A stretch of 63,090 bases of DNA, counting the filler, from Octopus bimaculoides (taxonomy: Eukaryota), in the NCBI RefSeq assembly GCF_001194135.2. It is 6 parts of 5 records of this genome, joined end to end, with 100 filler letters (N's around TTAATTAATTAA, not from the genome) between each part and the next. Parts side by side here need not be neighbours in the genome. Positions count along the whole stretch, not along the records: positions 56,459 to 63,090 come from NC_068981.1; 5 more parts are not named here. The stretch is one strand, 5' to 3'. Positions within the stretch are counted from its first letter, which is position 1. The number at the start of each line of letters is the position of its first letter. The notes under the pieces were generated by a model that saw nothing but the letters and a program-made list of their open reading frames with translations, made no database searches and was not told where the DNA came from. Of the stretch, positions 61,246 through 63,090 are shown in pieces. A program made the translations under genes and the position numbers.

Positions 61246-62470
61246 CTGGCATGGAGAGGAAAGTGCAGGCTGCCGTTTTGCACACCAAAGACCCCGCCAC
61301 ATAAACATGAAACAGGGCAGAAGCCACCTGCCAAAAGGAAAGGACTACGCACCACCTGCCCCAAAACGGAGGTACGCAGATGTAGTGCGTGCTACAAACG
61401 AGACCTATCAACAACATGTTGTTGAAAGGGCAGCGGCTGAACAACAATCTTTTTTGTGCAAGGCACAAAAGATGGTACAGCAGCTGACCTGGCTACAATC
61501 TCACAGATGGGACTATCCCCAATACACAAGACCACCACAGTAAATAGACCCAAGGTGGGCACCACTGGCAACAACACACACATCGCATCGGTGCTCTTAC
61601 TGAACATCAGAGGACTGTTATCACTTAGTAACAGGACAAAAATCCCTTTCTTGAGAGACCTTGTTGCTTGCAATCAAGCCTTATGCATAGCACTTACGGA
61701 AACACACCTGAAACCAGATATAGCAAATGCAGAAATACACATACCACAGTATGTTGTATTACGGACCGATAGAAAAGAAAGGAGTCATGGTGGAGTTGTT
61801 ATGTACATCCGCGAAGACCTCACACCTCAGGTCCTTTTGTCACACTCAAATTCAGTATGTGACACACTAATTGTACATATAAAACAATTCAATGTAGTTA
61901 TATGTAGTTATATCGCCCTACAGATGCTCCAAATCATGTAGGCAAGTTTGAAGACTGCCTTACAAAAATAGAAGTTCTAGTCACATTAGAACAACACATA
62001 AGTGTACTTCTTATGGGAGACTTCAATCTGCCCAATGTCAGATGGCCCGAGGGCCTTTCTCTCCCAGGAATGACGCGATACGAACAAGGACAGGTGAATT
62101 CCCTCCTGAACCTCGCCAACACTTTGTACATGGAACAAATAGTACTCCAGCCAACCAGGGCAAGTAACATACTGGATCTCTGATTCACAAATAATATGGA
62201 TCTCATCAATAATGTGAAAGTGATACCGACGCTACTCTCGGATCACAACATGGTAAAGCTGACCATGTACAGACAAAAGGAAACCATGGACATGTAGCCT
62301 ACAAGAAACTCTCAGAATCTTTCCAATTTGAACTTCCATAAGGCAAACTGGAAACAAATTGAGAAAGAGATCCTCAAACTGGCCTAAATGTCTCTCCTCA
62401 CCGGACATCGACATGAAACTTAAACAATTCATGTCTGTAATGCAAGCCATATGCTACAAATATGTCCCGG
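61246..62470 (+). mobile_element. CR1-group LINE fragment: ORF1 C-terminus and ORF2 apurinic endonuclease; RT absent
   Basis: LLLNIRGL...IALTETHL...VLRTDRKERSHGGV...(frameshift)YRP...LMGDFNLP...PTRASNILDL*FTN...LSDHNMV are the APE motifs. The CR1-Zenon-like subtype is from memory. Confidence 0.92.
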
Positions 62471-62626
62471 CGATTTTCTTTCTCTGTCTTCCCTTCTTTG
62501 GACCTTTCCAATATTTCTTTTCTTTCCTTTCCTGAGCGTCCAATAACACTGTACTTATTCCCCATCCTCGCGTTGTTGTTTTTTCCTGTTTTTTCCTGTT
62601 TTTTCTTGCTTGTTCCTGTTTGAATT

Positions 62627-62662
<36 letters not shown>

Positions 62663-62664
<2 letters not shown>

Positions 62665-63080
62665 TCTCTTTTACTCTTTACTCTTTTACTTGTTTGTCAT
62701 TCGACTGCGACCATGCTGGAGCACCGCCTTTAGTCGAGCAAATCAATCCCAGCACTTATTCGTTGTAAGCCTAGTACTTATTCTATCGGTCTCTTTTGCC
62801 GAACCGCTAAGTTACAGGGACGTAAACACACCAGCATCGATTGTCAAGCGATGTTGGGGGAGACAAACACTGACACACAAACACACACACACATATCTAT
62901 ATATATACATATACATATATACGACGGGATTCTTTCAGTTTCCATCTACTAAATCCAGTCACAAGGCTCTAGTCGGCCCGAGGCTATAGTAGAAGACACT
63001 TGCCGAAAGTGCCACGCAGTGAGATTGAACCCGAAACTATGTGGTTGGTAAGCCAAGCTACTTACCACACAGCAACTCCT
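62663..63080 (-). mobile_element. SINE family B, full length
   Basis: Colinear with 9416-9809, with an internal CA/TA tract and a TTTTACTC tail. Confidence 0.93.
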
Positions 63081-63090
63081 GCATCTACAT

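Overview
AT-rich, gap-ridden eukaryotic genomic DNA. The repeat families look like those I recall from Octopus; that species call is inference. There are no prokaryotic features, no CRISPR arrays and no intact rRNA or tRNA genes. One host gene is present but is not obvious in the ORF track: seven GT-AG exons on + (2202-8300) splice into one open frame of at least 662 aa. It is 5'-incomplete, ends in an acidic 8-aa tandem repeat, and I do not recognise the family. The rest is microsatellite, assembly gaps and transposon debris: three tRNA-derived SINE families, R4/Dong-type, CR1-type and L1/Tx1-type LINE fragments, two Penelope-like (GIY-YIG) fragments, and mariner, rosa-like, Chapaev3-like, hAT-like and Helitron-like pieces. 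The most interesting signal is a set of hammerhead-ribozyme-like folds in several unrelated repeats. These include a tRNA-headed SINE carrying a minimal type I hammerhead with a palindromic stem III (best copy 52317-52362, minus strand). They cluster with Penelope-like ORF fragments and many inverted duplications at 48.9-60.5 kb. All folds were made by eye, and none of the activity or family assignments has been tested computationally.
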